48,851 bases of DNA. Source: Octopus bimaculoides. Taxonomy: Eukaryota. The DNA lies in the NCBI RefSeq assembly GCF_001194135.2, contig NC_068999.1:13260933-13309783 (forward strand). The letters run 5' to 3'. This document shows, one piece after another, positions 10,956-21,298 of this stretch (its first letter is position 1; every line of letters begins with the position of its first letter). The notes under the pieces are model-generated. The model worked only from the letters and a program-made list of their open reading frames with translations. It did not search any database and was not told the origin of the DNA. The position numbers and the translations under genes are program-made.

Positions 10956-11575
10956 CAGTCAAGACGAAAAGCGTGATTCGTTTGTAATAGATATTTTATT
11001 TGTTGAACAATATTTGAACAGTAAGTCTGTCTTTGTCGAGTTCAAAATATGAAGTGATAAAAATTGAAAATTATAGAAAATTAAATATAAAATATGAACG
11101 AGAGCAACCAGCGTTCATGCATTGATGGAATGACACCATCAGTCTTTAAGATTCCATTTTATAACAAGCGAAAAGAAAAAGACAGTAAAGAAGAAGACAG
11201 AAAATAATAGAGAAGAAAGAGAGGAAGAAAAAGAGAAAAATATGTATATTCAATCAGTTTTATATAAATTTGATATATATTCATACTAAACTGATTAAAT
11301 ATTCTTCTTTGTCTCTTTTCTTTTTTTGTATTTTCTCAGTCTTTTTTTCTGTCTTTTTCTTTTCGATTGTTATAAAATTTAAACCAAAATACTGATGACG
11401 TCATTCCATCAACGTGTGGACACTAGTTACTCTCGTTCATACTTTACATTTCAATTTCAATAATTTTTGATTTTTTATCATTTCTTATTTTGAACTTGAC
11501 AAATACATACTGTTGAAATATTGCTCGACCAATGAAATGACTATTACAATTGAATCGCGCCCATCGTCTTGACTA
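10956..11575. mobile_element. Palindromic foldback element / MITE with ~300-bp inverted arms (Tc1/pogo-like CAGTC termini)
   Basis: Arm pairs: agtcaagacgaaaagcgtgattcgtttgtaatag / ctattacaattgaatcgcgcccatcgtcttgact; tgtcgagttcaaaatatgaagtgataaaaa / tttttatcatttcttattttgaacttgaca; ttgatggaatgacaccatcagt / actgatgacgtcattccatcaa; ttttataacaagcgaaaagaaaaagacag / ctgtctttttcttttcgattgttataaaa. Centre ~11270-11285. Confidence 0.85.
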
Positions 11576-11627
11576 ATATTATTATTGCTGTTGTTGTTGT
11601 TGTTAGTTTTTATTTGTTATTGTTATT

Positions 11628-11760
11628 AAGGTGGCTAGGTGCTAGAATCGTTAATCGCCCGGTCAAAATAGTTATAGCATTTCGTCCGCCGTTACTTGCC
11701 TTTCATACTTTCAGTGTCAGGTAAAATAAGTACCAGCTGCGAACTGGGTCGTTGACGTTC
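11628..11760 (+). mobile_element. Decayed Deu/Nin-domain SINE copy
   Basis: ctagaatcgttaatcgcccggtcaaaat, gcatttcgtccgccgtt, ttgcctttcatactttcagtgtc...aaataagtaccagctgcg. Confidence 0.7.
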
Positions 11761-13105
11761 GGTGTCGATATAATATGCATCAGTTACTCAATGATACAGA
11801 CAGAGCTAATAGGGCAGGGTTAAAGACAAACTGTAGGTTATATGTAACATATTAGTGCAGAGAAGATAAACTGCAAGTTCGATAAAACGATATGTGGCAA
11901 TATCGAGGTTTTATAATTCAGGTGGAAATCATGCCGTTTAAATTATATACAACTCGTTAACCACAATGTTGATGGTTACACACATGCAAACACACGCAGG
12001 TGAGCGCACTCACACGCATGGAGACATACATATGTATCTTCCAAGGGACAGTTAAAGATATAACATTTCAAACTAGTATCTTAAATTTCGAAATATTCTA
12101 AATTTCTTAGATAACTTGCTATATGTAAACAGTTGCATGTGTATTCACACGTAAGAAATATAACAATAAAATACAGAGCGTATAAACATTCCTAATATAC
12201 TCTATAGTAATAAATTCAACATTGGTAGCAAATATAGTTTCGACATATTCTCCTGTCATATTTTCTTCCATCGTACATTTATTCAACCATAACAACGTAT
12301 TAAATTGATTCATTCGCAAATAAATATATATTTTTTTTTTACATATAATCACGTCGGAGATAAGCAATAACAGAAAATAGAAATAGAAAACCAAAACATG
12401 GTGACCTGACAGTAATTTTGGAATTGATAAGTTAAAAAGTATGACATTTCTCAAAGAAAGGAAAAAAATATTACAAACTTGAAAACGAATGAAACAGTGT
12501 TTTGCAGTAGCAGTAAAATCTTGGCACCTTACTCGTTGCAAGTTACAAATTAATAAAAATGTACCAAATCACCATTCTCATTGCATCAAACTGAATATCC
12601 TCTCTATGGCAAATATCTAAAGAAAGCGTAGGTGCTTCACGCCAATTTATATTCGGTAGTCGTTGCCAACAAAGATTGCGACTTGCTGATAGGAAACAAC
12701 AGCAAGGACAAAAAAACTCATTGAAATTTTCAGTTGCTTTTCAGACCAAAATAAAGAAAAAAACTCTGAAATAATTCCAATAATATAGAGTGTGATCTAA
12801 ATAAGCATTACACACAATTATACATGGCGCTAGACAGTGCATTTCGGATGTTGTTTCTTAAAACATGAGATGTCGATGAATATGAAAAGGTACGTGAATG
12901 TAAATGAATAAATGACCACCAATCAAATGCTGTTAAGTGCATTAACACATTTCGTGTCGCCGCCACTTGTGAAGCTTTTCAGCATTTCTAACAGTAGAAG
13001 TTTTTGATAATACAATGCGATTAAATAAAATAAGCGTTACTCCACCACACGCATACGCATTCAGGTACGCCCGCACATATACACACAAACACACACGTGT
13101 ACGCA

Positions 13106-13650
13106 TACATTATGCGGTGCATAACCTGTCGTCTAAATCACATAGGAATGAAAATAACACTGACATGTCATTTTAACAGATAGATAACCACAATAAGATG
13201 AACATCTCCAGAAATGCCAAAGAGTAAATTCACTTAAGAAAATCACCATTGGCTTCAACCATAGCCTCCTGGCGACTTCCGAATCTCCAGCAATTCTTCT
13301 AGACGATCTACTTGTTTAAGTTGGTGAATATTGCCTTAATCTTTGTTGTAACAGGGAGTTTTTTTTTGGTCTCTCAACACATAATAATGAATGGGTTTAA
13401 AACATTTAGAGTAATATTGCTCAATGTCAGTGTTGATGTGGTTGCAGAAATTTTCTGATGGTCATGTCGTTCTTCTCCAGTTAGTGTCCATGGTGCAGAT
13501 TCCTGTTGCCTGACATAGAGCTTTCAGCAGACACTCTCTTGATACAGAGCAGCACGAACTCTTTCAGGCACTTGATTTTGGTCTCTGGGTTGAGTCTGTG
13601 GCCGGGTGCGAAGATAAATAGAGGTATATCGTTCTCGGTACATGTCCTCA
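13106..13650 (-). mobile_element. 3' part of a Tc1/mariner-superfamily transposase (maT/rosa-like) with terminal repeat
   Basis: Minus-strand frames: PLFIFAPGHRLNPETKIKCLKEFVLLCIKRVSAE, ..QQESAPW, ENFCNH, IHYYVLR.TKKTPC, KAIFTNLNK, RFGSRQEAMVEANGDF resemble QQDSAPCH / PLDYYVW / RFRSRLEAVVEANG. A TIR-like tacattatgcggtgcataa lies at 13106-13124. Confidence 0.75.
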
Positions 13651-13711
13651 GAATACATATGGATGTACATATACATAGATATGTATATACATAGTTATAA
13701 ATGTATAGATA

Positions 13712-13712
<1 letters not shown>

Positions 13713-13742
<30 letters not shown>

Positions 13743-13746
13743 TTGT

Positions 13747-13830
<84 letters not shown>
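13713..13830 (+). repeat. (GT)n microsatellite abutting a PLE 3' end
   Basis: Directly visible. Confidence 0.95.
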
Positions 13831-13831
<1 letters not shown>

Positions 13832-13834
<3 letters not shown>

Positions 13835-14575
13835 AACGTAGCAACTTTAGAGAAATACCAGACATGCCAGTTTCTATAGACAATAGACAATAACTGTTCT
13901 CTGCAAAATATGTTTTTAAATACACATGAACGCCGGTGATAGTTGAAGGAATATTCCTGTTAAAAATTATGGCCGGGCGAAATATCTCCATTCGCTTCAT
14001 AGCTAGGTTTTACAATTTTAAAGTAAACTTTCCGAAAATATGCTTAACTCCCAACGGCTGCCGTTCTGGATATGAGATGCCCTCCTGACTCATCTGAGTT
14101 CATCATGATGATATATCTTTTTGCCATACATAATTTACGTGGCGTTGTTCCTTTAAGACAGGGTCAGCAAGTTTCTAACAATTTCTACCTGATGTTAAAG
14201 GACTTATTATTTTCCTTTAGGCGAATATCCGGCACGCTGAAAGAAGATATGTAGTTGCTCAGTTATCCGACATAAAGTTTAGTGTGTGTACGTGCGAAGG
14301 CATTGTTGTTATTGTTATTTGTGCTGCTTCTGTTTGAGGATATATTTGCTTGGTACACTGTATCCTCGGTGTTACATCCGCCATCCACTGGGCATTCATT
14401 TCTAATCCTGCATGAAAAACTAGCCCGTGTTCGTGGTTTAGGAGTGCTGAGTAATTTTTCCTAACATTGGGTGCGCAAATGAAAGATATCCTTTGGTTAT
14501 ATCTGTTAAAGTTCCTTCTATATTTGTGGGAAATGCTTAACCACCAACCTAAGAAAGATCTTAACAACGCTTGTC
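13832..14575 (-). mobile_element. Penelope-like element 3' fragment (GIY-YIG region, Naiad-like) with 3' terminal repeat
   Basis: Minus-strand frames: RSFL..VVKHFPQ, FNRYN.RIS..CAPNVRK, SCRIRNECPVDGGCNTEDTVYQANI, RKLCMAKK, KHIFGKFTLKL*. The 3' UTR ends in ...ctacgttaca followed by (CA)n. The HHR core is deleted in this copy. Confidence 0.8.
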
Positions 14576-14599
14576 TGGATGTTTAGTGAGTAGGAGGGT

Positions 14600-15013
14600 G
14601 CGAACCATTAACACTTGTGAATCCAAATTGTAAATTCGCTTAACATCCGCAGATCTTAGTTCAGGGTGCCAGAGAAACACAGTACAACTGCAGTCGCAGT
14701 ATGACGCGTAAAGGATGATCATACTTCAGTTGAGCCAAGAAACCACCTGTAATCCAGGATGGAAGACATTGGGTTTTGTCGACCTTTTCGGAAATTTTAA
14801 ATTCAAAATTCGAATACCTACCTATAAAGCGAAGGGCGATAACTCGCTCGCCCATAATTTTTATCAGAAATTTTCCTTCAGCTATCACCGACGTTCTTGC
14901 GTTTTTAAAAACATCTTTTGACGAGGGCAGTTATTGTTTAGAGAAACTGATGATATGTCTAGTTCACGCTAGATATGAAACCAATAGTATTTCTCTAAAT
15001 TTCTTACGTTACA
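14600..15013 (+). mobile_element. Second copy of the same PLE 3' end, opposite orientation
   Basis: EPRNHL*SRMEDIGFCRPFRKF; 14780-15013 aligns with the reverse complement of 13832-14040; ends tacgttaca followed by (CA)n. Confidence 0.8.
14937..14999 (+). ncRNA. Type-I hammerhead ribozyme, intact core, GUA cleavage triplet
   Basis: UUUAGAGAAA-CUGAUGA-U-AUGUCUAG(uucacg)CUAGAUAU-GAAA-C(caaua)G-UA^-UUUCUCUAAA. Perfect 10-bp stem I, 8-bp stem II, short stem III; predicted cleavage after 14989. Confidence 0.85.
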
Positions 15014-16380
15014 CATACATACTTATATACATGCATGCATACATACATGCATGCATACACACCCACACACACACACACACACACGCACACATACACACAC
15101 GCACACACATATTTATATATATACTTGTATATATACATATATATGTACATATACATTTACATTCATATGTTCTTATATGTATACTTATGGTACTGCCGAT
15201 CATTTTAGAAATGCTCTAAAAAGAAATTGAAAATGACTAACATCAGCAAAATCAATCTGGATTATGAATGAAAATTTCACAACATAAATATCAAAGTCAT
15301 GCTTTAATGCATGTATAGGGAGGATACTTTAACATCAGTGTATTATTAGATATTATTTCTTCCTGGAATATAGGAATCAGAAGGAGTAGCATTTTTCGTA
15401 TTTGAGCGGCTTTTAATACATGTAGGCGGAAAAGATCGTAGTAATGAATTATTTGAGAAACATGTGTAGAAATGAACACTTAGAAAATATAAAAGAACGT
15501 AGTAAATGTCAATTCAGATATAATGAGTGCTTCGCACGTGCTTGTCAGTCAACTTGCCTATAGTATATACTTAAGTTACTGAAAGAAATGAGAAAGAATA
15601 TTTTGGTAATATACTCTTCATTGTGGAGCCTCCGAATGCTGTGCCACTTTCGAAGTAAAGAAAAAACATTCAGTAAATATGTATATTTTGTAAAATATTG
15701 CAACTTCTCGAACCTGGTTTTCCATTAAGATTCCTGGGAGACGCTCTTTCACGTAGCTAATAGGAATATGAATGATATAGTATAGTGTTTCTGACAGTTT
15801 GAGTGACAAATTCGGCGTCGATTAAGCATAGCAATAGCTTCAATATTCTTTTCTTTCAGATGGAAGCTCTTTAGTGCATAATTCAATAAGGGATGCCGGG
15901 CGAAGCTATTTCACCTACCGAACACACTGAGTGCAAAGATGCATAGAGTGTGTCGCAAACAGAACAAATGAGAAACGAAGCAAAACTTTGGTTTAAGAGG
16001 TTTCTTGAGTAAGCTTCTGAAACAGATTTTTACAAATGATGTGAATAATATAAATGGTATATCCAATACCTTTGTGTCCATAGGAATATATATACAGATT
16101 CGTGATGTTCACAAAAAAAATGTCCGTAGTGTTATATTGTTCCTCAGATATATATGCATTTCTAATGAAAATAAACACATAAGTAAGGGAATAAATCTTG
16201 TTTTCACAATAGCTGCAAGGATAGTAAATAAATACTATTTTCGGAAAACGTCTTCAATTTTTGCATAACTACAGAACTATGTACAAAATCCCAAGTAAGA
16301 TTTAAATGCTCAAATATGATATGCAGAGTGTGCCCGAAATTACATAATATATTGTAAGTTGCAATGCAGATATAGTAAAT

Positions 16381-16529
16381 ACTATTTACATTATATATAA
16401 TTGACAAATATTTGTTCTCATCTTGTGTGTTGATAGCACAACGTTTTGGCTGATATACTCTCCATTCTTCATCAGGTGTCTTCGGTAAATTTCGAACCTG
16501 GGCTCGTATTCCTAAGGTAATTTTCGATG

Positions 16530-16587
<58 letters not shown>

Positions 16588-16660
16588 CCTGACTGCTAGG
16601 AATCGAACTCGGAATCTTGGTGTAAGTAGTCCGCCCTCTTAACCACTATGCCATATACCC
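16381..16660 (-). mobile_element. ORF-less module: tRNA-like head + (AAT)n + HHR + tail (PLE pLTR-derived)
   Basis: Head 16586-16660 has A/B boxes on the minus strand; (AAT)n ~16530-16585; the region 16381-16530 is homologous to 6545-6703. Confidence 0.85.
16435..16480 (-). ncRNA. Decayed minimal hammerhead ribozyme (G12A, stem II disrupted)
   Basis: Minus strand GACAC-CUGAUGA-A-GAAUG(gagaguauau)CAGCC-AAAA-CG-UU-GUGCU. Its lesions differ from those of the 6621-6666 copy, so the two together reconstruct an intact consensus. Confidence 0.75.
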
Positions 16661-16672
16661 GCGGGCAATTAT

Positions 16673-16751
16673 GGGCATATGTCGTAGTGGTTAAGAACGC
16701 GTGCTACTAACACCAAGGTTCCGAGTTCGAATCCAGGCAGTGACCTGAATT

Positions 16752-16793
<42 letters not shown>

Positions 16794-16863
16794 ATGATAA
16801 TAACAACAATAATAATAATAATAATAATAATAACAACAACAACAACATCGAAAATTACCTTAG
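16673..16863 (+). mobile_element. Truncated second module (tRNA-like head + (ACT)n/(AAT)n), head-to-head with 16381-16660
   Basis: gggcatatgtcgtagtggttaag...gagttcgaatcc; catcgaaaattaccttag (16846-16863) is the exact reverse complement of 16512-16529. Confidence 0.85.
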
Positions 16864-17432
16864 CAGAATAGAACAATGTAGGTATATGGTAATTTTTTGT
16901 TTTCCGAATGGCATTATGTAATACTCGATATTACTAGAGGTATTTATGTTATAAGGTTATGTACATTTATTTCTACCTACGCTTATTATAAAAGTGTTTA
17001 ACCTATTTACATGTGTGTAGTCTTTGAATTTCGGCATATGTTTGTCTGCAATTACATTTGACAGTTATTTGTGTAGAACCCACAAGAATGCAAAATTGTA
17101 AACAAACCAATGTGCAGTTAGCGCATGCGAAACATATGTATTTCATATTTATATGCTGTAGAAAACAGTTAAATAAAGAAATTTTCGGTTGTGACCAGAA
17201 GTTCCACACACATGGCTGCGTTATGAACGTAATTAAATGCCGTACGAAATATTTGCAGTTCGGAATTGGAAAACAGAATTACCTAACGAGTTTAGCTTAG
17301 CTGCACCAGTAAATCTTTCTAAGTTTGAGTACTATATGAAGGACAGCTGTGTGTAGCTGGCATCTAAACCAATTTGAGCGATATTACTGTAACAACCAAG
17401 ATAATTTATCCGCTTTATAGTCCCTCTCTCCT

Positions 17433-17486
<54 letters not shown>

Positions 17487-18184
17487 NNNNNNNNNNNNNN
17501 NNNNNNNNNNNNNNNNNNNNNNNNNNNNNNNNNNNNNNNNNNNNNNNNNNNNNNNNNNNNNNNNNNNNNNNNNNATATATATACGTGTGTGCGCTCGCGT
17601 GCATGTATGTGTGTTTGTGTGTGGTGGTTTGCTTCTTTGTGTGTGTGGGGTAAGTCTGTCTTTCTGCATTTGTGTATGTATATATTGTCCACAGATCGTG
17701 AGATTTTCAGTATAGAAGACACTTCGTAACGTTCAAAAGATTAAAATTTAGACTCCCATGTGTTTACAGTACTTCAATTTCCCAAGAGTAAATAGTGGCT
17801 ATAGGAAGGATCAATATGAACAGATAAAGATGCACTCATGCGAATAAACAATTGAGATATATTAAATACAACAGTTTCTGCACGAGAGAAAAATTATGCA
17901 TATACGTATATTTGCAAAACGAGAGAAAGCAAAATGTCGAGATTTTCAGACAATGAATATTTAACTATGAATATATAGATATAATTAGACTAACAGATCA
18001 AACTTACCCAGGGTACACTGAGAAAATTAATGTGTTGCACAAAATCATTTTAAGACCAACAACTCTTTCGTGGGTTTCGGAGAGTCATCATAAATTTGGT
18101 AAAGGTAGTTCATCACAATATGTGTCAATAATGGATGCAATCAACACCGAACAAGATGAGCTACCGCCATCAAGGCAGAATAAG

Positions 18185-18498
18185 ATCTTACGACGACAAT
18201 GTGTCCCAGCTCATACGATCAACGGAACATCTTGCTCGTGAAATTAACGTGCAAGTGGCTGAGCACTCTATAGACAATTACACCCTTAACCTAGTTGTCA
18301 GGGAGATTCCGCGTAACACCGAGTGTGACGAGGCTGATCCTTTGAAATACAGGTGACACTCATTGTTGCCAGTTGAGTGGACTGGAGCAACGTGAAATAA
18401 AGTGTCTTCCTGAAGGACACAACGTGTTGCCAGGAATTGAACATACAACCTTACGATCGTGAGCCGAATACTATAACCACTTTGCCACGCGCCATCAC
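18185..18498 (-). mobile_element. tRNA-derived SINE with CORE/Meta-like central domain
   Basis: Minus strand: ggcgcgtggcaaagtggtt (A box), gttcaattcc (B box), gtgtccttcaggaagacactttatttcacgttgctccagtccactcaactggc, then a 3' tail cctgtatttcaaagg...gcacgttaatttcacgagc. Confidence 0.85.
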
Positions 18499-19073
18499 AG
18501 TGGTCAGAATAGCAGTAGCACGAACGTCCATAATCACATTATTAGCAAATATGTTTCCTAAATATACTCACATTTATAGTGGTCGTCATCTATTCTGCAT
18601 TCCTGTTTCATTCAATAAGGGACAATCTGTGCGACATATGTTTGTTAATAAACTTTATTGATCGTGTACTATGTACTTTGTTCTATTTATAATAGCTGCA
18701 ACTATGTTCGCAGTTAATCGACTGCTTGTACCACAATCAGTTTTAGTCTTACTACTTTCGAATACTACATAGATAATATCTCTGAATCTAAAACACTTAA
18801 CAGCAGCGATCGATTCCTTTGCAACATCGTCATAACGTAAAGACAGGACTTATCAATATCTGCTTCGGACTGTGTGTCAGTAACTTTGTATACGCGTGTG
18901 ATTTTGTGATGTACTTTTTTCTAATGATATTTCGCGAATGTATTGCCCGAGTGAATGCTACCACGATTCCTTGTCGAGTGTCTGAGCTCACGTGTGTCCC
19001 AACACTTCATCAGAGCTGAAAACCAACACAAAGTTTGTAGCAGGTATTACCTTCTCAATGATTCCAACAGCAG

Positions 19074-19466
19074 TTAAAGCTTAAAATCTATCGGTAGTTG
19101 AGGTATATTTTCATAACTCGAACCTACATAAGTGTAGATGGTAACACTGATGGCAGTTCTCGTCAGTAGTTCATCAAACAGCAGCAAATGAAGATAAACC
19201 ATATGAAGTCGGATTGCAAGCAATGAAGCGTAGTAATGAAACCATGATAAATTAGAAGACTTCATTAGATTACATGTGTATTCCCTTATTGAAACCCTTG
19301 CCGAGTTACTTTGAAGACACAAGATGATTTGCAGTCCATTATTTATTAATCTTCCATATGAACTTTTTTTATATGCAGTTTCATTATAATGCAGAGATAA
19401 CTGAATGACTTTTATCATTAACAGATATCTGCTTCTGACAGAACCAGAAGAGTTACGACTACACAT
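19074..19466 (-). other. Unexplained 130-codon ORF; possible coding exon with weak resemblance to dynein heavy chain AAA4 region
   Basis: Long open frame in AT-rich, non-repeat DNA; RLINNGLQIILCL...LMKSSNLSWFH recalls RVRNNLHIVLCM...LVNCCTIDWF. Similarity judged by eye only. Confidence 0.15.
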
Positions 19467-20071
19467 TTTCGTATTCTGATGTCGAACATAGAAATAATCG
19501 TAAAATTGATCGAGTTTTAAATGAATATATCAGCCACTAACACTTGATGATTTGAGGGGCTCAATGACATATATCAGAGATATATCGAACTATTATATTA
19601 GTCCCGTTAATACAAATCAACGGCCATAAGTCATCGCCATTATATGACAATACACGCAACTTAAAAAATAGCGTATAAATGCCTTTGATTATTGTGTCTC
19701 AAATTAAATAGCAAGTATCAGATCATGTATAGTAAACCATATTTTGAATTTAAATTTCGAAGTTAGTGTCTGGACTAATATCGCTTTGCAAGTAGATGCT
19801 TCTCGGATAAATCACGGTCGTACTCGTTTTTCTATAATCTTCTCGGCATGACGTAAAATCTAATAGGTACGCATTGTTTGAAAGTTCGTAGGCGAACCGT
19901 TGCCATTAAAATTCTATATTTCTATTTGACACTTTGCAAAACGCCCCCTATCTATACAAAGAGTTCCTATGTCAGGCTGTACTGTGTTTCAGTAATTTGT
20001 GTGAGGTCCTTTTCAGAGCACGATGCGCTTCATATACAACATAAATCTAGAAGACGTTTCAAATTGCCATA

Positions 20072-21298
20072 TACGAGCGGTTTCATTAAATATTTCCCAA
20101 GAAACACTTCTGGTTATTGCAAGAAACGGATCTTGTATAGGAATACTGATACATGTTTGTACATGTCACGTTGTAAATTGCAGCTTTCCACTAGTATTTG
20201 ATTGTCTTTTACATCTGCTGAATTGGGAAAAAAGATGTTATGTTATAATGGAGTCAGTTAAATATCAGGTACTTATACTTGAAAAGTCGTACACCAAAAG
20301 AGACTTTTGATGAGATGGCATTATCAGTTCACACGTGGTTGGACATCAGTGGCAACTTCTATTCTTGTTCACCACATTCCGCCATTCATGATGATTTCAT
20401 CTATAAAATGGAAGCCGCCACTTTGGAGGATCTCTGCATAACTATTCGGAAACTAGCTCAAGAGGTGCTGGTAATCGTAGGGTCCGTAGAATAAAATCAT
20501 TAACTACCATTTGTACACGAGGAAGTTGTCTGCATGATGGATTCCCTCGATGCTCACACCTGTTCAGAAGCAGGAGCTTGTTAATTGGTCCCCGGCTCCT
20601 TTGCCAATATTCGAAGAAAACGAGGAAGAATGTTTCGGCAGACTTATCACACTGAATAAAATATGGGTCCATCACAATGTTCCTGAGACTAAATCTAGTC
20701 GAAACAATGGACACGTGATAACTCACCACCTCCAAAGAAGTCTTGTATCCAACTCCCAGTAAGCAAAGCAATGCTCATTGTGTTTTTGGTCCCACAGAGG
20801 AGAAGATATGATGGATTTTCTGGCGAAAGACACGACACTTAATGGTCATATTATACTTTTCTGCTATAGAAATTGCGGGACTCCACCAATAATGAGGGGC
20901 GCAGCATGCTGACTTAAAGCGTTCGCCTCCTCAAAGACAACACCCCAGTTCACAATGCACATGCTGCCCAGATGAAACCACACTCCTGCAGCTATGTAAT
21001 CCCTTCTCATAACCCTTACTCTCCTGAACTCACACCATCTAACTTCATTCTCTTTCCAAACACGAAATCTTTTTTGAACGGGAAGCTCTTTTCGGATGAA
21101 GTTGAACTTACTTCCGAGGTAAAGTCTTAGCTCCAGACGCAGCCTACAGACTTCTACAGACGAGGTATTCACAGATGCAGAAAGCGATGGAAGAATTGTC
21201 TCCTCATTGGTGGTGGTGAGGTAGAGAAGGAGTAAGTTTGGTTTATCCCAGTTCTTTGAACGTGTGTCAGCAGAAGTCTTTAATAAACACCGCTGGTA
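20072..21298 (+). mobile_element. Near full-length decayed mariner (DD34D) transposon with both TIRs and TA target duplication
   Basis: 5' TA|tacgagcggtttcattaa and 3' ttaataaacaccgctggta|TA. Broken transposase: MESVKY, TPKETFDEM, WIPSMLTPVQKQ, RLITLNKIWVHHNVPETK, LLKDNTPVH, PYSPELTPSNFILFP, KRWKNC, VEKE* (~20248-21235). Confidence 0.92.

Noticed and set aside
12119-12541. 140-aa minus-strand ORF
   Set aside because: F/I/L/K-rich translation typical of AT-rich non-coding DNA; no domain recognised.
15861-15990. Good plus-strand acceptor ttttctttcag| followed by complex sequence
   Set aside because: All three frames contain stops; there is no supporting donor.
7316-16746. tRNA-like sequences at 7316-7388, 16586-16660 and 16673-16746 as true tRNA genes
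   Set aside because: There is no acceptor-stem pairing, the anticodon loops differ between copies, and each is embedded in the same repeat module.
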